The notes below the pieces were generated by a model. The model was given only the letters and a program-made list of their open reading frames with translations. It was not told the DNA's origin and ran no database searches. Shown piece after piece: positions 35,860 to 48,936 of a stretch of DNA of 64,000 bases. The DNA is taken from NCBI RefSeq assembly GCF_030144855.1, contig NC_082731.1, positions 23,002,001 through 23,066,000 of the forward strand, read 5' to 3'. The position numbers were made by a program, and so were the translations under genes. The DNA is from Hypanus sabinus. Lineage: Eukaryota. Numbering within the stretch: the stretch's first letter is position 1; each line of letters opens with the position of its first letter.

Positions 35860-37650
35860 TGGGACTGCAGGAATTTGTCCTTGTGCGACCGATACTGTCT
35901 TGTGTTAAAGTTGTTTTGCATCTTCAGAAACCTTGCGTCCATGTATCCCGCAGACTACAAAATTGGCAGTAATGGTTCTGTCTCATTAACTTGCGGTAAT
36001 CTGAATAGTGTAGGGAGACTGTTAGAAACTGACACCATGCCTGAAAATAAAGGCGAAGGTTCCGGTTGGCTAACTCAGTCCACGTAATCAAGTTTTTCGT
36101 TCTAGCAGTTTCTTACCTCTGCCTGAGCCATGCCACACCTACTCCGTCTATACAGGAATTTATGGGTAGTCGGGGTCTTGTCGTATCTGGAATATTTGCT
36201 AATGATGCATCCCAATTACTGAACTGTCACTGACTTTCCTATAGTTGAGTTGACGGTACCCTATCGGCCCGATCTTTTTGTAACTCTCGCTTGGTTTATT
36301 TGCTTGTCGTTGGAGTTACCTACTGCTAACACAACTCTACAAGTTGCTACCTTAAACTCCTGCTCTACCGTTGATAACCGGATCTGTAATTGACCTGTTC
36401 ATATGTGGCGACCCGCTGAAGAACAATGTTAGGAGAATCTCCAGCCTGCTCCTCAAGTGCCTGCTGACTATCCCCTTGATGCATTCTACAGGTACTCCGG
36501 GGATCTCGTACAACTATAAAAGCCAGAGCAGACATCTACTCCATCATGGAGTTACGGCATGTTTTAAGTTTATCTGTCAGTCCAGTTCTGTCGTTCTTCT
36601 GCAGCAACTCATTGGTCTGCATTAGTGTGTCAGTGATGGTGACACTGAATAGGAATGCTGAATTAAACCGATATCCAAGAGATATCACTGATTGTCCTCA
36701 GTCGACGAAACGTCATCTCTTCGTACTTGAAGACTCAACAAACTAGTAGCCTAGACGTGTTTTATCACCATATATCTGGACTTCTTGGCTAAGCAGGTAG
36801 CTACCTGGTCACCACAGCTCAACTAGCTACGTTGTCCAGGGTTTTCAATATCTATTTTGCGTGGACATATTTTGCTATAGTTATTGTGATGTCATCTGTA
36901 AACCCCCATATGCTGGGCTCCAAGAGCTAGCCAAATGTTATGTCTGTTGCTGCTAATATGAAGAGATACAAATCAATTAAAATGAAGCTTGCGATGGTGG
37001 TGCAGCCATTGGAGTCCATTTTAGAGGTCTTCCCACTTGAACGTGAGGTGGGCTGAAGTAAAGTTGAATTCTCCTAGGTAACTGATAATCATGACTTGCT
37101 TTACTGGTATGATATTGTAGTGGGAAAGACCAGTCCAGAAGGGGATTTGTCGTGCTGAACTGCCGGCTTTGCAAGGTGTAACGAGGTAACTACTAGGTTA
37201 CCTTTCATTTGCCTAGCTTGGCGAAGCAATTGGTTGATCGTCGAGATGTCTTCAAGAAGGGCTGAAAACAATCAAGATGTCACCTTTCTGGGTGGAGGTG
37301 CTGAAATGGTGCGTCTCTCGTGAGGGAATTTCGTTACAGGAAAAATGAGACCAAAAGAAATTGTCGGGACACGAAATTACGTTTGGAATGCAGCATCTAG
37401 TGTTTAAATAAATGAAAACAAGTGGCCAAAATGCACTGGCCAGCAAATCTAATCCAGAGACGGAGAAGTCAAAATACCGAATTAGAAGAAAGATGCAAAC
37501 CTTCTGGCAGTCATCGAGAAGAAGATCCTGAGGAGGAGGATTGTTATAAACATGCTGATGGCAGAGGAATACTTTTCCTAGGGGACAAGGCATCCTTTTA
37601 GCAATTTTACAGCTTAGTACGATAGAGCCTTTCGTTCACACTTTCTCCAC
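35860..37650 (-). mobile_element. Decayed NeSL/Hero-type (R2-group) LINE
   Basis: Minus-strand traces: RIFFSMTARRF, WGFTDDITIT (RT motif), LWLL.LYEIP.VPVECIKGIVSRHLR and LERK.ITWTEL. These appear in the order expected for Hero/NeSL ORFs. Confidence 0.6.
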
Positions 37651-39597
37651 TATCCTCAACAAACTCCGAAGGCGATTTTAAATGTTCTTATATATCATAG
37701 CGTCTGCCGCTCGGTCGACAGGCGGCTGATGAGTTTGCTGTCTTGCTGATATACTGGACCGCCTTTCTCGTTGGCTCAGTGCCACTCAGCACTGTTGCTA
37801 GCATTTTTGTTTGCAGGATTTCTGGATTGAAATCTCGTCCATGATTCCTACGGCAATCGTTGCTTGATATCGGCTTTAAAATTTAAACAACAAACTGCTG
37901 GCAGCCCTTTGCTTTCATCGGAAGTTATTCATTCCACACTTTCTGCAAGCACAGTCCTGCCTAATGTAGGTCGACAGCGAAGGAGTTTAGTAAAAATGGC
38001 ATGAAACGAGTTTCTCCAGTTGTCAAGAAAACATTCTGCAAAAGACACACAAAAGATCAATTCACAAAACTGAATAGAAGTAGTGATGTTACGGGGATGT
38101 GGTAGGAAAATGAACCCAAGTGCAGGTCTCCAACGCGGAGGCAGGATCAGGAGGCAAAATATCCGAGGCGGGTGTAGAATCGGGACTAGGTTGGGTCAGG
38201 ACCTGAGAGTTTTGTTTTACGAAGAAATACGGTGTCGAAGATTAACAGGAAGAGTCAGCTTCCTCATAGATTTCAGCTATCTGCCCGGACTCCTGTTTCA
38301 TCAATCCCGTCCTCCTGCGTATGGAGGGTGATTGCACGTATATGGGGCAAATTCTGTTCCAGAAGACAGAAGACCATTCGAAGTTTTGCAGACTGCAGTC
38401 TATTGAGTTCTCCATTTTAGCAAAAATGAGAGTCCCTCTTAAGTTTGAAAACGTTAACAATTGCTTAGAACAGACTTTCCCTTCAATGTATCGTGATAAT
38501 GCAAAAATGAGAGGGAAAATGGGATGGAGAGACAAGAGCAGGCAGATTCTTGGAATGAGGAGCGAGAAAATTGATCATCGTATTCACGGTCATAACAGTA
38601 CTCCTGCCCCTATGTATCTGCCAATCCATTTTCTATGCAAACAATTGTATTTAGTGTGCCATATTCTCGAAAGATCCAGGAAAGAAGTGGGAAGAAAAAA
38701 ACAAATAAATAAAACGGCAACTCTGGGAAAGCAGATTTGAGATGGAATGTATTACTTTAGTGGGCCTTCACTGAAAAAAAAAACTTTCGGTATATTTTAA
38801 TAGGCTTGTTTTATTGTATTAAATAGTTGTGATGCATTGCGGAGGCGGCCTAACAAGCCTTGTGCTACTCTATCCCTGCAAAGACAGTCAAAAAAATTAT
38901 TATCTCGTGGTGATCAAGGAATAATTTACATTTTCCAATTAACGCACCCCATACATATTCTTTGAATTGCGAAGTTAACCAGTTTCTCTGGGGATCCTCC
39001 ACGAACTCGACCATGTGTACGTACAGAGTCTCTTCACAACACCGCGCCACAAATGAACTACCAACTTCAAAATAACTCAAACTATAGCAGAGCTGTGCTA
39101 GCCAAAAAACCACGTGGCTTCCTACTGGAGTGACCGAAAGATAATTAGTGCAAGAGAGAAAAGAGAAGCTTTTTTTTAAAAGAAGAAAACACAGAATCAG
39201 ACTGTAGTAGGCAAGTATGTCGACTCCTTGTGGGTTAACGAGTCAGTTTAATGTCATATCGTTAGGGAACTCTCTGAGAGCGAATATCTATAGGGAGGTA
39301 ATAATACATGGAAATAATGCCGCAGTAGCATGCTCGAAGGGAAAGAGACAGATACGAGACTATGTATGAGAGCTGATAATACAATTAGCAGGCGTACAAA
39401 AACAAAGAATACAGAAGTCAAGAGGAAGAGAGAGGGTAAATAATGGATCGAAGAAATGACAGACAGCTATATATAAGACAAGCAGCGAGACAAACGAAAA
39501 ATAAAACGACAGGTAGATAGAGTATCAGGACACAGGTGCTGAGAGAATAACAGACTGCAAGGGAGAAGAGAGAGGGTGACTGGTGATTGGCGAAAGT

Positions 39598-39945
39598 GAC
39601 CATCGGTATTATTATCAGAAGAGATAAAATTAGCAGAACGACACATATATCAAGGAGCCAGAAAGAGTCAAAAGAAAATTGGGAGATATTAATGGCTAGA
39701 GTAAGGCAGAGACTTGGAAGTAAAAAGATAACGTAAAACTTGAGTACATACTGTACAAAGATAATGATGGAGTAGAAGATAAAGCCGAATTTGCCAAAGG
39801 ACCATCGGTATTATTATCAGAAGAGAAAAAAAATTAACAGAACGACACATATATCAAGGAAACAGAAAGGGACAAATGAATAATTGCGAGATATTAATGG
39901 CTAGAGTATGATAGAGACCTGGAAGTAAAAAGACAACGAAAGTGA
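39598..39945 (+). repeat. ~140-bp tandem duplication with a 60-bp V-gene CDR2 insert at the junction
   Basis: The arms 39598-39738 and 39800-~39945 both start gaccatcggtattattatcagaagaga. The insert 39739-39798 matches 41543-41602 at 57/60. Confidence 0.92.
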
Positions 39946-41258
39946 GAGAGAAACAAAGGGAGTAGAAATAAACAAAGATATTGACGTAGGTAGAAATTGA
40001 GAGAGGGAGAGAGAGTTTGAGCGAGATGCAGATAAAGTGAAGGAGGAAAACCTGTATCCTACACAGCATTCATTATTTGTGCTCCTTGCAGATTACTTTG
40101 GTTGCGCTGCCCACTGAGACTCTGTAAAAATGGACAATCTTTTTACCGTAGAACTCATGTACTCCTGGGTTGTCGAAGGCTCTGGTATCTTTCATCAGGA
40201 AGGAGACAGAATTGTATCCGCCGCGAAAAGATGTTTCCGTCAAGTGTCTGCTAAATTAATGATTGAAAACGGACAGACAAAACATTAAAATTATACATAA
40301 ATAAAAGGGCAGTCTACATTTCTTCCAGCATCCTGAGATATGCCCGACATATCGGTTGCAATATGTCCAAAGTTCACCAGAAGAATGACGGGGCAAGTTT
40401 TATGCTGAGTTGTAGAACTATTGAAGGATTACATGTAAATATTTTCGGAGGCCCTATGTCGTATTGTGCCGTGTATCTTTACGCTGTTGAGCTCAATCTA
40501 TCGTGGCGGTGCAGCCGAAATGCTACTCTGGTTGTTGCTAATCTCAATTGGCACTAAATGATGAACCGATAGCGAATGACGGAATGACAAGATGTGAGCA
40601 AACACACAAAGAGACACAAACACACACACGCGCATGTGCGAGCGCAAGCTCTTTCCGTCAGACTTACAGATACAGACACCGATGCGCAGAAAATAAAGCA
40701 ACAATGGCAAGCGTATAAGGATAGAAACCGCGAAGCAGAGAAATGTATTTTCTATTATACGGAGAATAGCTCCATCATATTTAACTGCAGTTTCTCTGTG
40801 ACTTTGTCAAATTATTTTAGCATTGTTTTTTTCTGTAAAATCCCGAGATATGTGTATAAACATATGTCTCAGGAACCGACAGACGTCTGATATTTGCCGT
40901 TATATTTATCGGTGCTTTGCGGAAAGTCGGCATGAAGGTCTGTGTTAGTATTTCCACCGTATATCTCTTTGGCATTTCGATCGACTGAGCAATGGAAAAA
41001 AAAATGTAATTTCGAGAACTGCAGGCTTATGTCGGCAGATGGCTGTCTCAGTCAGCGGGGTGTGACGCTCATTCCTTGAGGTACATGGCGCTGTCGCATT
41101 TGGTACAATAGGCGGAGCATGTCTCATGAGGGTGCGTTTCCATTGGGCGCGTTCACTTCCTGCCCATTATAGTACTTAAACAGTAGAATCGGAAAGTGCT
41201 GAATCCTGATGATAATTTGTTGATGAGAATAACATTCAACCCATTTTTCATAAAAATA

Positions 41259-41706
41259 ATGTGGAGATTCGTCATCTGGATCGTCTGCGGAGCTTGGTTT
41301 ACTGGTCTGTACGCTGCAGAAAATTCAAAAGCTTTCTCGAAACCGAATTCTGAAAAAAAATGTTAATATAAAATTTCATGTTCTGACATTATTTTTTAGA
41401 TACGAGTCATGGAAACTCTGTCACTCAGACAATGTCACCGCAGATGAAGACAGAAGAAGAGACTGTGACTTTCAGCTGCACCTATGATACTACATGGAGC
41501 TACTATACTTTATATTTGTACCGACAAAGGCCAAAGCTAAGTCTCGAGTACATACTGTACAAAGATAATGTTGGAGAAGAAGATAAAGCCGAATTTGCCA
41601 AAAGACGCTTCACATCCACTCTGGACGAGGAAAGGAAATTATTTAGTGTCACCATCTCAAAGCTGCAAATGGGCGACTCCGCAGTTTATTACTGTGCCCT
41701 AAGGCG
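41259..41706 (+). CDS. TRAV/TRDV: T-cell receptor alpha/delta V segment (V2): leader exon 41259-41304, intron 41305-41399, V exon 41400-41706
   Basis: 46-nt leader MWRFVIWIVCGAWFT(G), then an open V exon DTSHG|NSVTQTMSPQMKTEEETVTFSCTYDTTWSYYTLYLYRQRPKLSLEYILYKDNVGEEDKAEFAKRRF...DSAVYYCALR. Trp41 is Leu (TTG). Confidence 0.93.
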
Positions 41707-41745
41707 CACAGTGATGCATTGTAGTCAAATGCTCGTACAAAAATT
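41707..41745 (+). other. Recombination signal sequence, 23-bp spacer (V2)
   Basis: CACAGTG (41707-41713) + 23 nt + ACAAAAATT (41737-41745). Confidence 0.95.
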
Positions 41746-42030
41746 CACTTACTGTAGAATCCATGCTTTGATAGCTGCAGCTTGATATATTTGTAAACTC
41801 CTTTGTTATTGTGGTTTCACGCCACTAAGAGTAGCTGTTGAAGTTTCCCTCGCCTTCGTCTGTGAAAGCTCAGCAATGGTCTAACCGCTCCGGTTTTTCC
41901 AAAGACGCAGTGACATCTAGAGCCTCTGCCAAATCAGTTAATTTGTGAAATATACGTTAATGCCACAAGAGAATTACGAGCGGTAAAATTGAGACTGCCA
42001 TCACTCGGGGGGTGGGGGTTGGTGGTGGTG

Positions 42031-42031
<1 letters not shown>

Positions 42032-42096
<65 letters not shown>
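42032..42096. repeat. (GT)n microsatellite
   Basis: Direct reading. Confidence 0.95.
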
Positions 42097-42097
<1 letters not shown>

Positions 42098-45000
42098 TGT
42101 TTGTGTGTGATTTCGTTCAAAATAATGATTACTGTACCGTGTGCCAATACAATTCATGGGGACTGGATTCAATGCTATCTGGCTGTAGTTGTTTAGTCGA
42201 TTAAATCAAAGATTCTTAGCTGCTTGTTACTGGGATGATGAATGATTGTCCGGAATCTGAAAAATTGAAGCTTTGAAGAAGATTGTAAATATTTCAGTGA
42301 GCAGGTGCGCACAACCTGACCACATGACCTGAGATGTGTTCCTGCCAGGTCTCATAACTGAGAGAGAGAGATATCTGTTAGTGTCATTCTGATGTTTGCT
42401 GATGGAACAGAAGTGAAGGCAAAGCTGTGGGCTTTTAATACAGATCGTACATCTATGTTCACCTACATAGTTTAGCGTGATAAGTAAGTCAGCAGAAGAA
42501 AAGTGACCCTAAATTGGGGAATGGATTTGGAGTAAACGGTACCTGAGCAAATTACGGGAGCTTGGAGACACCCAAAGTATATGTGGCATGTTGGCTCATG
42601 ATATCAGAATAAGAGGACATAGACGCCATGTTGGAATGGATTTGGTAATTAGATTAAAAAGATTGGGATGCATTGAAACCCTTCCTTCTGCAGGATCCTC
42701 AATGATTTGCAATGATTCGTACGATAACATGGACCCACAACCTCCGTCGAGTTTTCCGATGTTGTGCACACCGGATTATAAACACTGCATATAGAGAATA
42801 AGACAAAAAGGTGAAATAAAAAAGGAGGAAATTTACACCATGTTAGCACACAGAGGATGCTTCGCTATTTCATGATAGCTGATCTATTACAATTCTCATT
42901 CCCAACAACCGTGTTTTTTTTCCCGTATACACTTTACACTAACCAATCGAAATCCACCAACCTCTGTCTTCTGTCTTAAATGTAGGTACAGATTTGTCCT
43001 GTGTATGTATCTGTGGCAAAGAATTCCACATGGTCCCCACTCTCCGGCCAGAAAAAATACAAAAAAAAAAAATCCTCATCTCCGTTCAAAAAGGACGCCC
43101 ATGTATTTGAGCCTCTTTCTCATGTCAACATCTGCTCAATAATCTAATCAGGCCTAGCCTCCTGTAGGGAAGCCAGTTCTGTATCGAAATAGCCAAGTTT
43201 CATTCTTTGCATGTCTTTCCAGATGAGGATACATTTGTGAACGTATTTAAAAGAATCGATTCACATCGACACTCCTCGTGCACAGCTCACACTGAAAAAC
43301 TAAAACAATTTGCTGCTGCATACCCACAGATTGAACTCGGGAGATTGGAATGACGTGACGGTCTTGTGAGTGGGATGATGTAATTTTCTATTGACCTTAG
43401 GAAGTGGTGGGGAAGTGACGTCACGTGATGACATATTCTAAGCTGAATTTAAACCAACCCGCGGTTTGTGATGCAGTTCGCATTTTTACTTTTGATGAAA
43501 CATTGTTTTTACTGGACGGAGGTCTGAGACTCCATTGGTTTTGTTTATTGCACCTTCATTTTTTTCCCTTGCAGTCCAGTATCAGAGAGTGAAGGAATTT
43601 TCGAATGTATTCGAGTTTAAATGACTGGATAACGTTTATGTCGTTCAGCATTTTAGGCAATGGTAGACCATGGACTTCCTTCAGAAATTGTGGCATGCAG
43701 TTTTGAGTTGAGCATCTGGAAAGTCAGGAAGGTTTGTGTAGTGTCCACCCTCCAGTCAAAAGGTCGGAACTTAGGAGGAATTGCTTTTTTTTCAGTGAAG
43801 TCTCTTTGTATGACCGTATAAATCACATGGAGATTTGAATTTATCACTTTAAGTCTGTGCGGGTATGAAAACTCGTGAAAAACAGTTTCTCAAGTTTGAA
43901 TGATTTGCCACCAGACCGATAACTTCCGGTTAAGTTAGTCGTTTGTTTACTTTACTAAGAAAAAGCAGAGTTTAATAAATCTCGTGATTTTTTTAAACCC
44001 TGTCTTAGTTTCATATTCATTGCTGCTGCATTCGTAACATTGTGCCTGAATTTGTTTGAATTACAAAAAGTCCAGCCACCAGCATTTTTCACCTGAACCC
44101 ATGCAATCTCTCCTGATAAGGCAGTCTTTGAACATCTTTGTAAATCTCTCAAGCACACTTTTCACCCAACTGCCGCCATCTGCACTACGGCTACTCGAAC
44201 ATTTGGAATTACTGTTGGTGCTGTCGCGCAGTTATAACAGTAGTACCATAAGTTGATCTCAGTATCGTATTCGCTGGTGGTAAGCAAGACATTCGTTTCA
44301 GTCCATTTACATATCTAAGAAAACATGCACTTAGGCCGTAATGCTAGGGCTGTATGCGCTCAACCTAACACGTACTGAGTAATTCCTAGCCTGTGATATC
44401 TTATTGAAATGCATTACATCCCGCTTAACTATATTGCAATCGAAATGTGTTTCTTGTTTGCTACGCAAAAGCAGGGAACTTCGATTTCGCAATAGCCAAT
44501 AGGAGTGAACTATCAACAGTTTCTAACATGATACATGTCAGTTATCTTGATGACTTACCCGATTAAGTACCGGATCTCTCTTTATTTGCGGCTCTTCGGG
44601 GTTGATCTTTTGCGCTTTATTTGTAGAAAATCGTATATTGTAATATTGTCTCGACTTTTTCTTCAGTTGATGTATAGAAGCAGTATAAGGCTATATGACG
44701 CATCGAGCTTGTTGCCCAATTTCATAACGGCAGACTCAAATTTCCTCTCAACCCCAGTGTTCTGTCTTCTGCCCATTTCCCCTCAAATGCTGAACAATCT
44801 GTTACATATAAAGGTTTGCCTTCAATATGCATAACGTCTTGCCCTGCACACCTTCGTATGGCTATGATTCACAGAGAGTCAGCGCTGTCTGCTGAAAGAA
44901 ATTCCTCCTCATTCTTTTTTTTTCTATAAGGACTTCGTTTATTCTGAGGTGGCGTCTTCTGCTCTTAGATTCTCTCTCTCTCATGAAGGGAAGAATCTTC

Positions 45001-45649
45001 TCTTTTCACACTCTATGAAGGCTTTCGCCATTAGACATATTTCGCTGTCATCACCCCTGGTCCTTCTGACTTCCTGTGACCATGCCTACAGAATCATTAA
45101 ACGTTCCTGATAAGCAATCCTTTCAAAGCTGAAATGGTTTTCGTGAAAGTCGTCGGAATCCGTTCCAGTTTGAATGAATGAATAACATTTAATTTCGGTC
45201 AGTACAAACAAACAAAAAAGTATAAATGTTAACGATTATTTCGTTACGATGATTTCATTAAACAATATTAAATATTTTTTAAAAAATCTTCAAAACGACT
45301 GAAAGTGTGCAGACTGAAGTTACAGCTTATTGAGCCTACCTCTCTTTTTGTGGTGATTAATTAGCTTGTGGCCTAATGTAGAAGGAGTCAAGTTTAAAAA
45401 ACATAGCACATTTATTTTTCAACATAGTTCCCGCCTAACGAAGTACAGTTCAATGTATAATTTATCTGCATTACTCCCATTCATTTTAAATCGATTATTT
45501 CATATTTGTTCATGAAATGATTCTTAAATAAATAGTTAAATCTGTTTAGAGTGGTATATGTATATATATATATATGTTTACTTCTTACTGCAACTGTTCC
45601 AGCCAATCACCCATTAACTTAAATAAAATGATTTTTTTTCATTTGTTCT

Positions 45650-46470
45650 TATCCGCTAGTTTTGAAATATACATATTCCTCACAAATCATGTTGACTTTC
45701 TTTCATTTTAAACACTCTTTGGATACTTTGTGGTAACTGACCTTTGTTTTACTTTATACATAATTTGGATTATTCTAAAATCTAAGAAGTCTCTGAATTT
45801 TAACTTGTTTATTTGAATAAATAGTGGATTATTTGGCTCATAATAACTAGTCTTATGTATAGTTCTTATGAATTTATTTTGGAGTAGTAAAAAATGAGAT
45901 TTTAATTGTATTGAATATATTTCCCCATACCTGTACATGTAAGGGAATAAGGGAATGGAATGTAGATTAAAGTCCATGCTTTGTTTTCTAAGGTACGGGG
46001 TCTAACGCTGCTCATATTACTCCAATTGAGGCTTTAGCAATGTTGTATACAACTCGCAACACAAAATCGTTGTTTTTATCTACTGGACCTATTGAATTGA
46101 ATGTTAACATCGCACTTACCTTCCTCAACTCAGAATCAGCCTGCATATTAAACATCGAGAAGCGTGCACAAACAATCCCTATTTACTGTGTCTGACTGTT
46201 TGAATTATTTTGTCTATCCATTGACTAAATTGTAAAAACTTTCATTTCCAATACGATTCCCCACACTGCATTCCATTCGCCCCTTTTTTGTACTTTCTAC
46301 TAACTGAGCTAAGTACATCCGTAGCCTACCTAAGTTCTCATACTGTCTTGTCACTCTACCCACCTTCATATCCAGTAAAGGCAATAATTCCATGATCTAA
46401 GTGATTACCAGTTAATGTGTAAACAATCGGTTATAACACTCCACTGTGTAACACCACCAGTCACTAGCTG
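45650..46470 (-). mobile_element. Decayed L2-like and CR1 LINE fragments (paralogs of 4380-5170)
   Basis: ORF 45708-45977 and colinearity with unit 1. Confidence 0.55.
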
Positions 46471-46534
46471 TAAATCAGAAAAAAAGCTCCCGTTACTTTC
46501 ATTCTTTGAAGTAACGGAGAATTGAGATTAAGTC

Positions 46535-47620
46535 AGTTCATGGTGGTCCTGGATATTCTGGAGATGAACATACCTACGGCTCTCTCAGGGAACGGTTTTA
46601 TTGCCCCCGAATTAGCCGTAGGTCAAGGAATACTACAAATCTTGCATTCGATGGACTAGGAGGAAGACGCTGCCAACGAGGGCCACGACAATGTCCCACT
46701 TATAGAATGTGGGGTCCTTTGACCTGGTGGGGTCAACGTTTTTAACATCTGGTCCACAGCTACAACTGCAAACGAAATGAGGATTCCAGGTACTTGCCAC
46801 ATTATCTGATGTTCGGGCACGAGGCGAGGTTGTCCATCGACCTTTGTCTTAGGGCCGACGAGGAAGACCTACTACTGAAGTTTTATTTTAACTATGTTTC
46901 CATTATGAAAAGGGAGCTTAAAAGTGCACATGAACGAGATGAAAACGTAGATGCGAAACAGAAAGTAGGAAATAAGAGAAGGCTTCATCGAAATTTTAGT
47001 TGATCCCAAGTCAAGCAGGGAGACCAAGTCGTCTGACGAAGTTGGTGGCTACTTGGGAAGAATATGTTGTCTGAACGGTGGGTGGCTCCGTCCTATGAAG
47101 TTAATATTAATATGCCAGAGATACTAATTTTCCGGGTGAATCTAGGATGGGAATGGGTCTGTCATGATTCACTATCGGAACCACCTTCTGCCTCTGGGAC
47201 AACAGCAGCGGTTCGACCCAGAACCCAACTGGAGTTTAAACCTTGTAAGTAGATTGTGCGGCGGCGCGGGTGTCTGATTGAACAGATGCATGAGAGATTA
47301 GATCGTTCCCCCTCCCCACTCCGAATCGGATACTAATTGGGAGAATGAGTAAATGGGCGTGTGTTATATTCTGCCTTTTGCTAATTCCCTACTGATTGAG
47401 GAAGGGATTCCCAATCATTCTCACGTTGTCAATTGGTTTCCGGGTGGGGGCGTGGTGAATGGGTGCTCTCTGAGGACAGCTGGATTCAGCGGGACCCTGC
47501 ACGGGTTGGAGCGGGGCTCCGCCATGCGTTCCGAGTTTCAGGAGGACTCGCGTTTGTGGCTTTGCATGTAGGATTGGCAATTTCTCACAATTCCATGAGG
47601 ACTTCACTAAATTTGGTGGA
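46535..47620 (+). mobile_element. Decayed Gypsy integrase and tail (paralog of 5230-6110; retains ~190 bp missing from unit 1)
   Basis: ORF 46794-47003 HYLMFGHEARLSIDLCL and ORF 47064-47252 WVAPSYEVNINMPEILIFRV...SEPPSASG. Confidence 0.7.
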
Positions 47621-48169
47621 GCAGATTTTAAAACCCTCGGAAGGGTATCACTGCTTATATTTATTCTTAAATTAAGCAATATGAATATCGGCGAGACAAT
47701 GAGTACAATCAGCAACAGTTTTCTGGGCCGCAGGTACTGGGAAGGTTGGCACACCGATAGTGAATTGTTCTTACTAGAAATGCAGCTTCCGGGCTACATC
47801 GTGTTGTGTAGTGCTGAAAGTTCACACTTTCAGCCCACCGCGGACGAAAACAAGACCTTAATGTGTACGTACTTACCTGCCAGAATACAGCCTCTCCAAC
47901 AGGAAGCCTCCAGAAGTGCCTCCTTTCTAGTTTCACACGAACACTGAACTCCCTTCGGAATGCGACTTAGTAATAATGGACGTGGAGGTGATCTGCCCCG
48001 TGAACACCTATCATGTAGGATGACAGGCGCTGAAGGTCAAGCTGAAGGATGACAGGTCAAGTACAGGTGCTGGTGAAACAAATTATTCAACAAGATGACT
48101 TTGCTGTCCTTTGAACGAAAAAGGCTATCACAGAAACAAAATGGTTTCGCATAATTCGCAGCATGGTAT

Positions 48170-48275
48170 GGCCAAACGGTACGATGGAATTGCTCCAGCT
48201 ATGCTACTCGCAAGAAGAGTGAAAATTTTGCTGTGATTGGTCAAGAATGCTGTGACTACATTTCTGACAAGTAGG
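48170..48275 (+). mobile_element. Env TM relic (paralog of 6630-6760)
   Basis: ...AMLLARR...VIGQECCDYISD. Confidence 0.55.
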
Positions 48276-48773
48276 GCTGCAGTTGGGATCTGTGCTGAAG
48301 AAGCGTTAGGGATGTGTGCTAGATATGGAATATTGACCTATGCGGACGTTTAGATGGTTTTCTGGTGAGTTTCCTTTTGAATTTGAGTGATCTGTCGAGA
48401 AGTAATTAAGTAACAGCTGAAAGAATTGTTTATCAACGAATACTGTCGAAAAATTGTTGAAAAGGGTGCCTTTGAGAAGTCTCATTTGCTGGTAGAAGAT
48501 TTATTGAATGCTAATTTTATGGCTTTCTCCACGTCAGTGGTTATCAAGCTTATTCGTAGTCATTACAGTATGAATAACATGAAAACCCGTGAACTTTCCC
48601 GTAACAACCAATATGCTGAAAATGAGTGGGGAATAAAACAAAGACCATGGTGAGTGCAAAAGGGACCAGGCAGAATTGTAAGATCGGGCAAACATAATGA
48701 AAATCAAACTAAGACATCCCCATTCTCTCTCACCAAAAACATGAAAGCTTGTATCTTTGCATTTTTACTTATT

Positions 48774-48936
48774 NNNNNNNNNNNNNNNNNNNNNNNNNNN
48801 NNNNNNNNNNNNNNNNNNNNNNNNNNNNNNNNNNNNNNNNNNNNNNNNNNNNNNNNNNNNNNNNNNNNNNNNNNNNNNNNNNNNNNNNNNNNNNNNNNNN
48901 NNNNNNNNNNNNNNNNNNNNNNNNNNNNNNNNNNNN
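48774..48936. other. Run of N
   Basis: Direct reading. Paralogous to 7266-7454. Confidence 0.95.

Noticed and set aside
39100-40060. Purine-rich repeats as a CRISPR-like repeat-spacer array
   Set aside because: Only two diverged ~140-bp arms with a single host-derived insert in eukaryotic DNA. There is no regular array and no cas genes.
40090-40290. cag|..AH*DSVK.. resembling a V exon start
   Set aside because: No cysteine at position 23, no WYRQ and no YYC or RSS downstream.
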